Below, one piece after another: positions 19,814 to 27,276 of a stretch of DNA of 30,791 bases. The notes below the pieces were generated by a model that saw nothing but the letters and a program-made list of their open reading frames with translations, did no database searches and was not told where the DNA came from. The translations under genes and the position numbers were made by a program. The stretch is taken from the IMG/VR virus record IMGVR_UViG_3300033076_000014, positions 1 through 30,791 of that record, one strand, 5' to 3'. The first letter of the stretch is position 1. Every line of letters begins with the position of its first letter. Source of the stretch: a virus (Duplodnaviria > Caudoviricetes).

Positions 19814-21091
19814 TTATCCCATCCAACTTGCAGCCGTTGCAATCTGTGGCTGCTTTCTGCGTTTGGTGGGTTCCTTAATCATAAGTGCAATGTAACGGAA
19901 TGCGTCTGCACCGTGCGAATATTGGTCATGCAACGGATTGCGGCTGAACTGCCCTGTTTCGGGGTCAACCTCATAACGGTAGTGGCGCAAACACGCCAAG
20001 CCTTCAGCACACTTTTCACGGTCAAACCAGATGTTTGGAAAGATGGTTCGGGCAGCGTTTATGGAATCCACAATTGGCACTCTTGGCATGATCTGCGTCT
20101 TATACCCTGCGGCTCTCACAATATCGTCAATGCTGCGACCTTGTGCCGCTAGCGTTTTGTTCTCAGCGTCATGGGGCAACCAAATTGTGTCATACACATA
20201 GCCAAACGTCTGCATCGTTGCAAGGTAATGGCTCATGGTCTTTTGGCTGTCCTCAATGTAGCGGATTAGCCTTGTTTCCATGCCCACAAACTGCAAGAAC
20301 CAGATGGCGGTGTTGTCCGACCAACCCAAATCAAACACAGCGTGAACAGGTTTGGTTGCGTCATACGGCACTTTGGTGATGCGCCCATCCAATTCAGCCT
20401 GCTGCATTTCCTTGGCAAAGATAGCCCCGTCAACAGTTTGGCGGCATAGACCTTCCCAAACTTGGTTATACGCCTCAAGGTCACGGGCTTTTAGTGCGTC
20501 TTTCTCGTTTCGCAGGGTTTCAGGGAACCAAGGGTTATCCGACCAATTGATTTTGATCAGGATGGCATCCTCTGGTGGGTTGACCACAAACCGCTGATAG
20601 GTTTCGTCTGTTTCCAACTCAGGGTTAAAGCTGACCCAAATTTCTGAGCCTTCCTTGCGGATGGTCGGGATTAGCACATTCCATGACAGGCGGCTTACGG
20701 ATTGGGCTTCCTCAACCCAACAAATGTCCACACCCTCATAGGATTTAACGTTTGCCACGTTGTTTTTCAGACCCACAAAGCTAAATTCTGTGCCGTTCTT
20801 GCCACGGATGCTGGCTTGGGTTATGTCATAGAACCCAATCAATCCCAACGCCTCAATTTGGTCGCACAGCAACTTGTGAACCGAATCCCGCATTGAAGTC
20901 ATAAACTCACGGGCGCACAGCACACGAAGGGGATTCTTTGCGCCAAGGATTAGAAGCGCCCTAGCAATGCCCCATGACTTAGCCCCACCCCTGCCGCCAT
21001 AGGCAACTTTGTAACGGCTTTTCTGAAACAAGCCTTGCAGCTTGACAGGGAATTCTGCCTTGGCAATTGCGTTGGTAACTACATCAGACAT
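19814..21091 (-). CDS. terL: Terminase large subunit (PBSX/XtmB-like)
   Basis: Walker A YGGRGGAKS, Walker B CWVEEA, SFNP coupling motif, nuclease DLGWSD and SHGADAFRY. Confidence 0.95.
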   Translation of the reverse strand: MSDVVTNAIAKAEFPVKLQGLFQKSRYKVAYGGRGGAKSWGIARALLILGAKNPLRVLCAREFMTSMRDSVHKLLCDQIEALGLIGFYDITQASIRGKNGTEFSFVGLKNNVANVKSYEGVDICWVEEAQSVSRLSWNVLIPTIRKEGSEIWVSFNPELETDETYQRFVVNPPEDAILIKINWSDNPWFPETLRNEKDALKARDLEAYNQVWEGLCRQTVDGAIFAKEMQQAELDGRITKVPYDATKPVHAVFDLGWSDNTAIWFLQFVGMETRLIRYIEDSQKTMSHYLATMQTFGYVYDTIWLPHDAENKTLAAQGRSIDDIVRAAGYKTQIMPRVPIVDSINAARTIFPNIWFDREKCAEGLACLRHYRYEVDPETGQFSRNPLHDQYSHGADAFRYIALMIKEPTKRRKQPQIATAASWMG

Positions 21092-21105
21092 GGTGCTGGT
21101 TACGT

Positions 21106-21597
21106 TTATCCAGCGTCATCAGACCGATTTTCAGGTTGGACAAAAGTGACCTGAATGCCAGAAAGCAAAGGCGCACCATCTGCCCCTGTAATCTCTTGTT
21201 CCATCTTGTCACGCCAGCCCAATACGTTTTTGGCAGTAAAGATGCTGAAATTCGCCTGATACATCCCACCGATTGCACCCTCAACCAACAAAGCCTCTTG
21301 AAAGTCCTTCGCTCTTTTATAGGCGTAAGCAAATTCAGGATACCTTAATTCTCCATCTGGCAGTTTGGCAGTTGCCCACTCATGTAGCGTTTCTCTTGTA
21401 ACGCCTACTTTAGTAGCAAATCTAGCCAATGTCGGGAAAGGATTTAGTTCTTTTTCAACCTTTTCCTTTCCTTCTTTGTCATAGGTGGTTTTGATGGTGT
21501 ACACGGCAATATCAAAAAAACGAATGAGGTCATCCGCATACTCTGGCTTGTATGAGGATGGTCTACCTACGGGTCGTTTTTCGATAATGTCGGTCAT
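21106..21597 (-). CDS. terS: Terminase small subunit
   Basis: GRPSSYKPEY N-terminus, HTH (LARFATKVGVTRETLHEW), IFTAKNVLGWRDK...ITGADGAPL; directly upstream of terL. Confidence 0.88.
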   Translation of the reverse strand: MTDIIEKRPVGRPSSYKPEYADDLIRFFDIAVYTIKTTYDKEGKEKVEKELNPFPTLARFATKVGVTRETLHEWATAKLPDGELRYPEFAYAYKRAKDFQEALLVEGAIGGMYQANFSIFTAKNVLGWRDKMEQEITGADGAPLLSGIQVTFVQPENRSDDAG

Positions 21598-21749
21598 TTT
21601 TTGGTTGGTTTTTTGCCAGCTTTTTTCTCGGCTTCACGTTTTACAGCATAGGCAATCGCCACGGCTTGCTTTTGGGGCTTGCCAGCTTCGATTTCCTTCT
21701 TGATGTTTTTAGACATTGCTTTCGGTGTCATTGACTTGATCAACGGCAT
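21594..21749 (-). CDS. Small basic phage protein (51 aa)
   Basis: Manual translation MPLIKSMTPKAMSKNIKKEIEAGKPQKQAVAIAYAVKREAEKKAGKKPTKK; SD AAGGAG; ATGA overlap with terS. Confidence 0.75.
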   Translation of the reverse strand: MPLIKSMTPKAMSKNIKKEIEAGKPQKQAVAIAYAVKREAEKKAGKKPTKK

Positions 21750-21888
21750 TTGCTTTCTCCTTGGACATTTCGCCCAACATATTGTTTAGTTCTTGGATAG
21801 CCCCGCTGATTTGCAACAAGATGGATTCGTGTTGTTTAGCCATTGTCTTGAGTTCTTCAATTCGGGCGGTGATTTTTTCTGTGGTCAT
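21709..21888 (-). CDS. Hypothetical coiled-coil protein (59 aa)
   Basis: Manual translation MTTEKITARIEELKTMAKQHESILLQISGAIQELNNML...; ATGA-coupled to the upstream ORF. Confidence 0.6.
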   Translation of the reverse strand: MTTEKITARIEELKTMAKQHESILLQISGAIQELNNMLGEMSKEKANAVDQVNDTESNV

Positions 21889-22058
21889 CTCTCGTTTCCT
21901 GGTGAGTTTGAGGGGTCACTTGGGGTTAGTTGCTGAATTTTTTGTTGTAGTTCTTTGTTTTCTCTAAAAAGGGCAGCGGCTTGCACCATTGCAGCGTCTC
22001 GCTGCCCTTCCAGCATCTCAACCAGAAGTTGAACTTCGGGGTCGGGATGTTTCAACAT
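21885..22058 (-). CDS. Hypothetical protein (57 aa)
   Basis: Manual translation MLKHPDPEVQLLVEMLEGQRDAAMVQAAALFRENKELQQKIQQL...; starts 1 nt after the preceding stop. Confidence 0.6.
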   Translation of the reverse strand: MLKHPDPEVQLLVEMLEGQRDAAMVQAAALFRENKELQQKIQQLTPSDPSNSPGNER

Positions 22059-22059
22059 A

Positions 22060-22644
22060 TTACTGAGCGTTAGAAACCATCAGGTAATACGGTGTGCCAT
22101 CAGCAGCCACGACCTTGATGGTGTGGGTAACGGCAGCGGCAGTCTTAGTTGCAACCATAGCGGTTGGCAAGTTAAACAGGTTGGTGGTCTTGGCTGAACC
22201 AGATTCGGTGAAACGAATCCAAGATGCAGATGCAGGCAAAGTCACGCCTGAATCCCAGTTGGTGTCAGCTTGGATTGCAGCCAAAGTGCCGCCAGGCGCA
22301 GCAGTTGTGCCGCCCACAGTTGCACGAAGGGCGTTACCAGCACCAGAAATAGTGCCGCCTTGAACTTCCATGCTGATGTGTGCGCCATTGATAGTGCCAG
22401 CAGCAGCAGCGCCAGTACCAGTTACAACGGAGAATGCACGAACAGTCTCGCCTGAACCTGTGCTAGAAAAGGTCAGTTTGTTGTAAGACAGTCGGGTGTC
22501 ACCGCTGGTGGCGCTGGTTGTGGCGTAAGCGCCATTCAACACGCCAGCCGAACTGATGCTGATTGGCACAGAAGATGTACCAACTTGGACTGATTGAAAT
22601 GCGGGGTCAGCGTATGCAACGCCAATTGCGATTGAGTTTGACAT
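22060..22644 (-). CDS. Gly/Ala/Thr-rich putative virion (head fibre-like) protein
   Basis: 194 aa, beta-rich; SD AAGGAA; codon usage appears similar to the coat gene. Confidence 0.55.
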   Translation of the reverse strand: MSNSIAIGVAYADPAFQSVQVGTSSVPISISSAGVLNGAYATTSATSGDTRLSYNKLTFSSTGSGETVRAFSVVTGTGAAAAGTINGAHISMEVQGGTISGAGNALRATVGGTTAAPGGTLAAIQADTNWDSGVTLPASASWIRFTESGSAKTTNLFNLPTAMVATKTAAAVTHTIKVVAADGTPYYLMVSNAQ

Positions 22645-22666
22645 TTTTGGGTTCCTTTATTTATTC

Positions 22667-22695
22667 CAAAAGGTAGGGCGGGATTGCCCTAAAAA
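22667..22695 (-). terminator. Hairpin, possible terminator
   Basis: TAGGGC-N6-GCCCTA flanked by short A/T runs in an intergenic gap. Confidence 0.4.
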
Positions 22696-22703
22696 GATTC
22701 TAT

Positions 22704-22976
22704 TCAACAATTCCAGTTTTTCAAACTTGCTTTTGCTCGTTCGGCTGGACCTTTTGCGTGTTTAACAACCCCTTCCATTCGAGCGCAGAAACTTGCTTTG
22801 CGCCCTGCGTCAGCCTTGGTCTTTGGATTTGGGGCAGGCGGTTTGAGATTGGCGTTGTTCTTTTTGTTGTACTTGGCACGACCTTTGGCGGTCATTCCTG
22901 CACCCTTTTCTGTTGGGTTGTAGGTTTTGCCTTTGCCTGTGGTCTTATGGGGAATGGGTTTATCGTGCTTTTTCAT
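22704..22976 (-). CDS. Lys-rich phage protein (DUF6321-like)
   Basis: GMTAKGRAKYN...NLKPP...RKASFCARM...SLKNWNC pattern. Confidence 0.7.
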   Translation of the reverse strand: MKKHDKPIPHKTTGKGKTYNPTEKGAGMTAKGRAKYNKKNNANLKPPAPNPKTKADAGRKASFCARMEGVVKHAKGPAERAKASLKNWNC

Positions 22977-23131
22977 TTCTTTTTCGCAGTCTTGGCTGAT
23001 TGACGAAATGCCTCGGCTGTGGGTGCGCCCTTTGTGCCAGGCTTACGCATCCGTTCAACAGGCTTGCCCTCGGCTTTTTCCCGCTTAATGCGTTCCTGTT
23101 TGGCGTGAATGTTGGCGTAAAGTCCCTTCAT
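22973..23131 (-). CDS. Small basic phage protein (52 aa)
   Basis: MKGLYANIHAKQERI...MRKPGTKGAPTAEAFRQSAKTAKKK; start re-assigned to ATG 23131 (GGAGG SD, ATGA overlap with groES). Confidence 0.7.
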   Translation of the reverse strand: MKGLYANIHAKQERIKREKAEGKPVERMRKPGTKGAPTAEAFRQSAKTAKKK

Positions 23132-23415
23132 ACTTCCTCCACAAAGCAAACATCCTGCCATGACATTTTCAGGCAGCGTTTCCCGTCAATTTCAACGGGT
23201 TCAAACTTAAGATATTCGTCACCAGCATCAGCAGCGACAGTACCAAAATGCACCAAGTCACCAATGTTTAAGCCCACATTTAAGGCATCAGGACCAGCGG
23301 CAATCACTATGCCTTTGGTATCTGCGCCCTGCATTTGGCTCAAATCCAGCAGTTCAGATGTAAATCGTTGGGCGGGTTGGACAATGATTTTGTCTCGCAA
23401 AGGCTTGATGTTCAT
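23128..23415 (-). CDS. groES: Co-chaperonin GroES
   Basis: 95 aa; MNIKPLRDKIIV, GIVIAAGP, GLNIGDLVHFG, VEIDG. Confidence 0.85.
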   Translation of the reverse strand: MNIKPLRDKIIVQPAQRFTSELLDLSQMQGADTKGIVIAAGPDALNVGLNIGDLVHFGTVAADAGDEYLKFEPVEIDGKRCLKMSWQDVCFVEEV

Positions 23416-23621
23416 GCTTCCACCTTTGCTTTTCTGGTGTATTTGCGTTTGGGCGGGTTGTCAAGCACAGGCAGTTCCAAGATTTCACGCTTGGCGCTGT
23501 GCTGACCACACCAATCTGTGTGGTGCTTGTTTTGTTGCAGCGGATACAAACGGCAAACCCCCATGATCTGCTGATCACGGTAGTAAATGCAATTGCCGCA
23601 ATTAGAATGCTGTTCAGCCAT
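23412..23621 (-). CDS. Small four-cysteine protein (HiPIP-like spacing) with basic tail
   Basis: CGNC-x11-C-x12-DWC; C-terminal PKRKYTRK. Confidence 0.55.
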   Translation of the reverse strand: MAEQHSNCGNCIYYRDQQIMGVCRLYPLQQNKHHTDWCGQHSAKREILELPVLDNPPKRKYTRKAKVEA

Positions 23622-23650
23622 TCAATACCTCTTTTATTGTTTGGTTAGAA

Positions 23651-23678
23651 GCGCCCTCAAAGGTCGAATTTGGGGGCG
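23651..23678. terminator. Intergenic hairpin
   Basis: CGCCCTCAAA-ggtcgaa-TTTGGGGGCG imperfect inverted repeat. Confidence 0.45.
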
Positions 23679-23688
23679 TTTCGCTTTT

Positions 23689-23865
23689 TTAGTAGCAGTT
23701 CTTTGGAACGCTCACAGTTCCCTTGCCTTCAACCTTGCTGTCTTTGCCAGTTTGGTTGGTTTTGGCAGCGGGGATGCGGTCTTTTACGCCCACGCTGGAA
23801 ACTTTTTTGTCGTTTACAGCCTTGGGGATGCTAAAGCTGTTGCCGTATTTGCCGTTGATGTGCAT
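23689..23865 (-). CDS. Small basic hypothetical protein (58 aa)
   Basis: Manual translation MHINGKYGNSFSIPKAVNDKKVSSVGVKDRIPAAKTNQTGKDSKVEGKGTVSVPKNCY; strong SD TAAGGAG. Confidence 0.65.
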   Translation of the reverse strand: MHINGKYGNSFSIPKAVNDKKVSSVGVKDRIPAAKTNQTGKDSKVEGKGTVSVPKNCY

Positions 23866-23874
23866 GATTTCTCC

Positions 23875-24234
23875 TTAGTTGAGGAAACGCAGTTTGTAAA
23901 GGGTTGTGTTGATCAAGTCTGCAATTTCATCAACGATGTTTTGCAGTTCTGAATCTTGTGGCAACTCTTGACGGGCTTCTTCCACAAACTCTTTCATACC
24001 TTCCATGTATTTCACAGGGTCAGTTGCGGTGTGGAATTCAGCGGGAAACTTTTTCAGTTGATCATACCGACCCATGTAGGCTTCTGCAAACTGGTCGGTC
24101 AACTCGATGATTTCGTCATAGTATTCGCCAAGTGCCTGATGCACAGCAAAACTATTGGTTGACCAGTGCATGAAATGCGTCACCGTGCTGGAATGCAGCA
24201 AGGTGGCAACAAATTCGGCTGTTTCATCGTTCAT
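23875..24234 (-). CDS. Dps/ferritin-like four-helix protein (DUF5856-like)
   Basis: HFMHW....FAVHQALGEYYDEI.ELTDQFAEAYMG and ELQNIVDEIADLINTTLYKL. Confidence 0.75.
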   Translation of the reverse strand: MNDETAEFVATLLHSSTVTHFMHWSTNSFAVHQALGEYYDEIIELTDQFAEAYMGRYDQLKKFPAEFHTATDPVKYMEGMKEFVEEARQELPQDSELQNIVDEIADLINTTLYKLRFLN

Positions 24235-24249
24235 GTGTTCACTATACCA
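24235..24249 (-). promoter_or_regulatory. Extended -10 promoter, probably leaderless
   Basis: Minus strand TGG-TATAGT-GAACAC-ATG; no SD before the ATG. Confidence 0.5.
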
Positions 24250-24277
24250 AAAAGAAGGGGGGAATTAAACCCCCCAA
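24249..24277 (-). terminator. Rho-independent terminator ending the early/nin-like operon
   Basis: Minus strand GGGGGG-tttaatt-CCCCCC followed by TTCTTTTT. Confidence 0.7.
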
Positions 24278-24318
24278 CGGGGATAAAGCAACTGCGGAGA
24301 CAACCAACACCCCGTCAG

Positions 24319-24636
24319 TCAGATTGTGTCAGGAATCGGCACACCGTCAACCCAATTGCCGCTGTCCACCAAAGCCTGAACCGTTTTAATGTGCGCCTTG
24401 CGCCAGATTTCCTGTCTTTCGGCTTTAGACAGGTTTTTGCCTTGGTCAATTTCATAATGGCATTTCAGGCAAAGCGCAGCCACCAGATTGTCATCGCACT
24501 TGATGCCCTTGCCCTTGCCACCACCCCAATTTGAATGTGCGGCTTGGGTTGGGTATGCCCCACAATGCTGGCAATCCAGTTCTGCCACTTTTTTAAGCAG
24601 CTTTTTGCTTCTGATGTATTCGTGTTTGGGAATCAT
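24319..24636 (-). CDS. Zn-binding HNH-like nuclease (DUF1364/DUF968-like)
   Basis: CQHCG...AAHSN...GKGIKCDD...ALCLKCHYEID. Confidence 0.7.
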   Translation of the reverse strand: MIPKHEYIRSKKLLKKVAELDCQHCGAYPTQAAHSNWGGGKGKGIKCDDNLVAALCLKCHYEIDQGKNLSKAERQEIWRKAHIKTVQALVDSGNWVDGVPIPDTI

Positions 24637-25094
24637 GTCACTTCCACCACATTTTTTCCATGACTGCGTATGTAATCGGCAGTCTTTTTGATCATTTTTT
24701 CATATTCAGACCTTGCGATGCTTGTTCTTTGAAGGTCGTGAAATTCCCAGACGTTTTTAATCGCTTTTATGCCCACCCCTGACAACCCCATCACCTTGGT
24801 CTTTTCATAGCGTTGTGCAGCTTGCAATAGGGCTTCCTGCGCCTCTTTGCAGTAAGGCAAAACCTCTGGTCCTATACCGTTTTTGCCCATAGTCTCAGAA
24901 ATGTTGACCACATCAGCCAGCCAGCGCCAATCCTCCACGCTTCCCATGCCTTTGGTCATTGCGTCAATTGCGGCAAGTTCACACAGCCTGAGTTTGTCAA
25001 GGGATTTGCCATCAGCCACAGCAGCGCCAGCGATTGCATGGGCAATAGGGTTGATATTGGTTGACCAAACCTTGCGATTGCATCGTTTTCTCAT
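24633..25094 (-). CDS. Hypothetical phage protein (153 aa)
   Basis: Helical ORF with coupled start/stop overlaps at both ends. Confidence 0.65.
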   Translation of the reverse strand: MRKRCNRKVWSTNINPIAHAIAGAAVADGKSLDKLRLCELAAIDAMTKGMGSVEDWRWLADVVNISETMGKNGIGPEVLPYCKEAQEALLQAAQRYEKTKVMGLSGVGIKAIKNVWEFHDLQRTSIARSEYEKMIKKTADYIRSHGKNVVEVT

Positions 25095-25315
25095 GCTTCA
25101 CCTCTTGCTCGGATTGCTTTGGAGCAACCTTCAGCGACATATCCTTTTTCACTTAGTTCGTCACACAAGTTAGCACACGCCTCACGCTCTTTAGCTGCTA
25201 CCAGTTTGGCAAAGGCTTCAAGATGACTTGTGATAATGATTGAATTGTCATCTCGACCTTCTTCATCACACAAATTGGCTTTTTTTCCCATTTCAATGAT
25301 TTCATCTTGTGTCAT
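25091..25315 (-). CDS. Hypothetical phage protein (74 aa)
   Basis: MTQDEIIEM...LEAFAKLVAAKEREACA...AIRARGE pattern; ATGA overlaps. Confidence 0.7.
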   Translation of the reverse strand: MTQDEIIEMGKKANLCDEEGRDDNSIIITSHLEAFAKLVAAKEREACANLCDELSEKGYVAEGCSKAIRARGEA

Positions 25316-25644
25316 TGCGTCACCTTGTCAGTCATGCGGTTGTTGGCTTGTTCTGTTCTCCAAATGTCGCAACGCATCCGTGCCGCTTCAAGATTCCACT
25401 TCAAGGTTTCCTCGGTTTCAATTGCTGCCGCCAAACCTTGTAAAAGTTCTTGGTATTCAGGGTGGGCATAGGCTTCCCGTTCTTGGGCGTTTGCCGCCTC
25501 AATCCCCATTACCAAAGCCTCTTTCATCAAAAGTGCTTTTTTTGTTTTTCTGAATTCCTCAAGGTAAACACGCTGGCTTTTTGCTTTGGCGTATTTCGCA
25601 GAGTTATTCAGGATGTAATCTACCGCTTTGTTCGGCTCACTCAT
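25312..25644 (-). CDS. Hypothetical coiled-coil phage protein (110 aa)
   Basis: YAKAKSQRVYLEEFRKTKKA...QEREAYAHPEY...DIWRTEQANNR; ATGA overlaps. Confidence 0.7.
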   Translation of the reverse strand: MSEPNKAVDYILNNSAKYAKAKSQRVYLEEFRKTKKALLMKEALVMGIEAANAQEREAYAHPEYQELLQGLAAAIETEETLKWNLEAARMRCDIWRTEQANNRMTDKVTQ

Positions 25645-25931
25645 TTAATCACTCCAATCATTCTCAATGCCGATTCAGGACCATCGACCACAGCCAATGC
25701 CCCACCCTTCCATGAACCATGCCAAGCAAGCTGGTCATCGGTCAATCTTTGTGCTGACGGTGCTTTGTTGCCATCTTTGATTTCCATAAGCAACGTCTGC
25801 CCTTTGAATCCAACAAGCAAGTCAGGTACGCCCTTGCCAACACCCGCCAAAGACTGCACCGTAGCGCCAGCCGCCCGTAGTGCCGACACCACAGCATCTT
25901 GATTTGCGTCAATTTTTGCCGCCCTTCTCAT
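25641..25931 (-). CDS. VRR-NUC / PD-(D/E)XK nuclease (putative Holliday junction resolvase)
   Basis: MRRAAKIDANQ...GVPDLLVG....LLMEIKDG...LTDDQ; start re-assigned to ATG 25931. Confidence 0.8.
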   Translation of the reverse strand: MRRAAKIDANQDAVVSALRAAGATVQSLAGVGKGVPDLLVGFKGQTLLMEIKDGNKAPSAQRLTDDQLAWHGSWKGGALAVVDGPESALRMIGVIK

Positions 25932-26050
25932 TTTTCTTCCACACAGGATTTGCAAATCCAAAACCGCATCCCACCACGCTTGATCAACTTGCCACCCAAA
26001 GCTGATTTGGAAATTCCACAGCGTGAGCAAATTCGGGCAATAAACTTCAT
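25928..26050 (-). CDS. Small zinc-ribbon protein (40 aa)
   Basis: Manual translation MKFIARICSRCGISKSALGGKLIKRGGMRFWICKSCVEEK; SD GAGG; ATGA overlaps at both ends. Confidence 0.6.
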   Translation of the reverse strand: MKFIARICSRCGISKSALGGKLIKRGGMRFWICKSCVEEK

Positions 26051-26223
26051 TTTTTTAATTCCTCAATTCTTTTTTTAACTTCGGCATACAGACCATCCCA
26101 TAGCCCCGATTTGTCTTTCTCCATCTCCAACACCTGATGTTTGGCATACGCCACCCAACCCTTTTGCATCGCTAGGTGGGCATACCAATCGACTGTTTTT
26201 TGTCTCAAGTTTTGAAAATCCAT
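26047..26223 (-). CDS. Hypothetical protein (58 aa)
   Basis: Manual translation MDFQNLRQKTVDWYAHLAMQKGWVAYAKHQVLEMEKDKSGLWDGLYAEVKKRIEELKK; stop coupled (ATGA) to the next gene. Confidence 0.5.
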   Translation of the reverse strand: MDFQNLRQKTVDWYAHLAMQKGWVAYAKHQVLEMEKDKSGLWDGLYAEVKKRIEELKK

Positions 26224-26323
26224 AGTCGCCTGTCAGTTCAAGGGCTTTGTTGATCGTTGCCTGCGAATACTGTGCGCCTTCACGCACTTCATCAAGAATG
26301 TTGTGGGCTTGGTAGTAGTTCAT
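26075..26323 (-). CDS. Hypothetical protein (82 aa)
   Basis: MNYYQAHNILDEVREG...INKALELTGD; ATG 26323 overlaps the MTase stop (ATGA). Confidence 0.6.
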   Translation of the reverse strand: MNYYQAHNILDEVREGAQYSQATINKALELTGDYGFSKLETKNSRLVCPPSDAKGLGGVCQTSGVGDGERQIGAMGWSVCRS

Positions 26324-27276
26324 TGGCTTAAGATTCTCCAAGCTGTTGCTGCACAAAGTGGCACTTGTCCATTTCCAATGGCTTTAAGTCTGTCCAATCC
26401 AGCGGCCACCCCATCAGCCATTCGACCCACATTGGGTTCAGCTTCCCACCAGCATGGGTTGCTAATGTTGGCGTGTTCCTGTTGTACTCGCTCGGTGATG
26501 CACATTCCTTTGCATTGTGCGCTGTCGGCGTTGGGAACTGAACTCTCCCAACAATTGTTTCCAGATTCGGATTCCGTTTTTTGTTCCAAGCAGATTCTGG
26601 CGTTATTGTTGCCGCCATAGCTGAACAACTCCTGGGCGTTGGCCACATCTGAACCAACCTGCCCAACCCAACTGAACCATCCTTCCCGTTCTGATTTACT
26701 TTCCGAGGCATCCCAGTTCTTGTCTCGTAAAAACTGTCGTTCTTGCCAATCAGCGACCCTGTTGTTCCATCGCTGGCTACTGGGGTTGGAACCGTAAATC
26801 CAAATGCGCTCTCTTTGGTGGGGTGCGCCAACTGCGTTTGCTCCCAACACTCCCCATTTCGCATCAAACCCCATTTTGGCCAAGTCTCCAAGAACGGTTC
26901 CAAGTCCCCTAGAAGTGAGCATTGGTGAGTTTTCCACAAAGACAAATCTGGGTCGTACTTCGTGAATGATGCGCGCCATTTCTCGCCACATCCCGCTTCG
27001 TTCTCCGTCAATTCCTGCGCCTTTTCCTGCTGCGCTAATGTCCTGACATGGAAACCCGCCAGATACAACGTCAACAATTCCTGCCCACGGTTTTCCGTCA
27101 AAGGTTTGTACGTCATCCCAAATCGGGAAAGGCGGAAGAAGTCCGTCATTTTGTCTGGCGCACAATACGCTTGCTGGATAGGGTTCCCATTCAACGGCAC
27201 AGACTGTTCGCCATCCAAGGAGTTTTCCCCCAAGTATTCCTCCACCAGCGCCTGCGAATAAAGCCAACTCATTCAA
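26320..27276 (-). CDS. DNA (cytosine-5) methyltransferase, catalytic (alpha) chain
   Basis: Motif I FAGAGG, II AVEWE, III WDDV, IV GGFPCQDIS, VI VENSP, VIII PHQRERIWI, X RLKAIGNGQVP; no canonical motif IX; TTG start. Confidence 0.92.
   Translation of the reverse strand: MNELALFAGAGGGILGGKLLGWRTVCAVEWEPYPASVLCARQNDGLLPPFPIWDDVQTFDGKPWAGIVDVVSGGFPCQDISAAGKGAGIDGERSGMWREMARIIHEVRPRFVFVENSPMLTSRGLGTVLGDLAKMGFDAKWGVLGANAVGAPHQRERIWIYGSNPSSQRWNNRVADWQERQFLRDKNWDASESKSEREGWFSWVGQVGSDVANAQELFSYGGNNNARICLEQKTESESGNNCWESSVPNADSAQCKGMCITERVQQEHANISNPCWWEAEPNVGRMADGVAAGLDRLKAIGNGQVPLCAATAWRILSQ
26328..27272 (-). CDS. Overlapping alternative-frame ORF, putative methyltransferase beta chain (PTP repeats plus motif IX-like segment)
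   Basis: 314 stop-free codons; ATG 8 nt after GAGGAGG; VPTP/WPTP/FPTP repeats; GKLNPMWVEWLMGWPLDWT resembles motif IX. Confidence 0.75.
   Translation of the reverse strand: MSWLYSQALVEEYLGENSLDGEQSVPLNGNPIQQAYCAPDKMTDFFRLSRFGMTYKPLTENRGQELLTLYLAGFHVRTLAQQEKAQELTENEAGCGEKWRASFTKYDPDLSLWKTHQCSLLGDLEPFLETWPKWGLMRNGECWEQTQLAHPTKESAFGFTVPTPVASDGTTGSLIGKNDSFYETRTGMPRKVNQNGKDGSVGLGRLVQMWPTPRSCSAMAATITPESAWNKKRNPNLETIVGRVQFPTPTAHNAKECASPSEYNRNTPTLATHAGGKLNPMWVEWLMGWPLDWTDLKPLEMDKCHFVQQQLGES

Noticed and set aside
25932-26030. N-terminal extension of the VRR-NUC ORF in the ORF track
   Set aside because: Better explained by a separate 40-aa zinc-ribbon gene and an ATGA-coupled start at 25931
26320-27276. 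Interpretation of the MTase as a frameshifted pseudogene or assembly error
   Set aside because: Both frames are open end to end with their own starts, and motif X returns in the catalytic frame; a single indel cannot produce this
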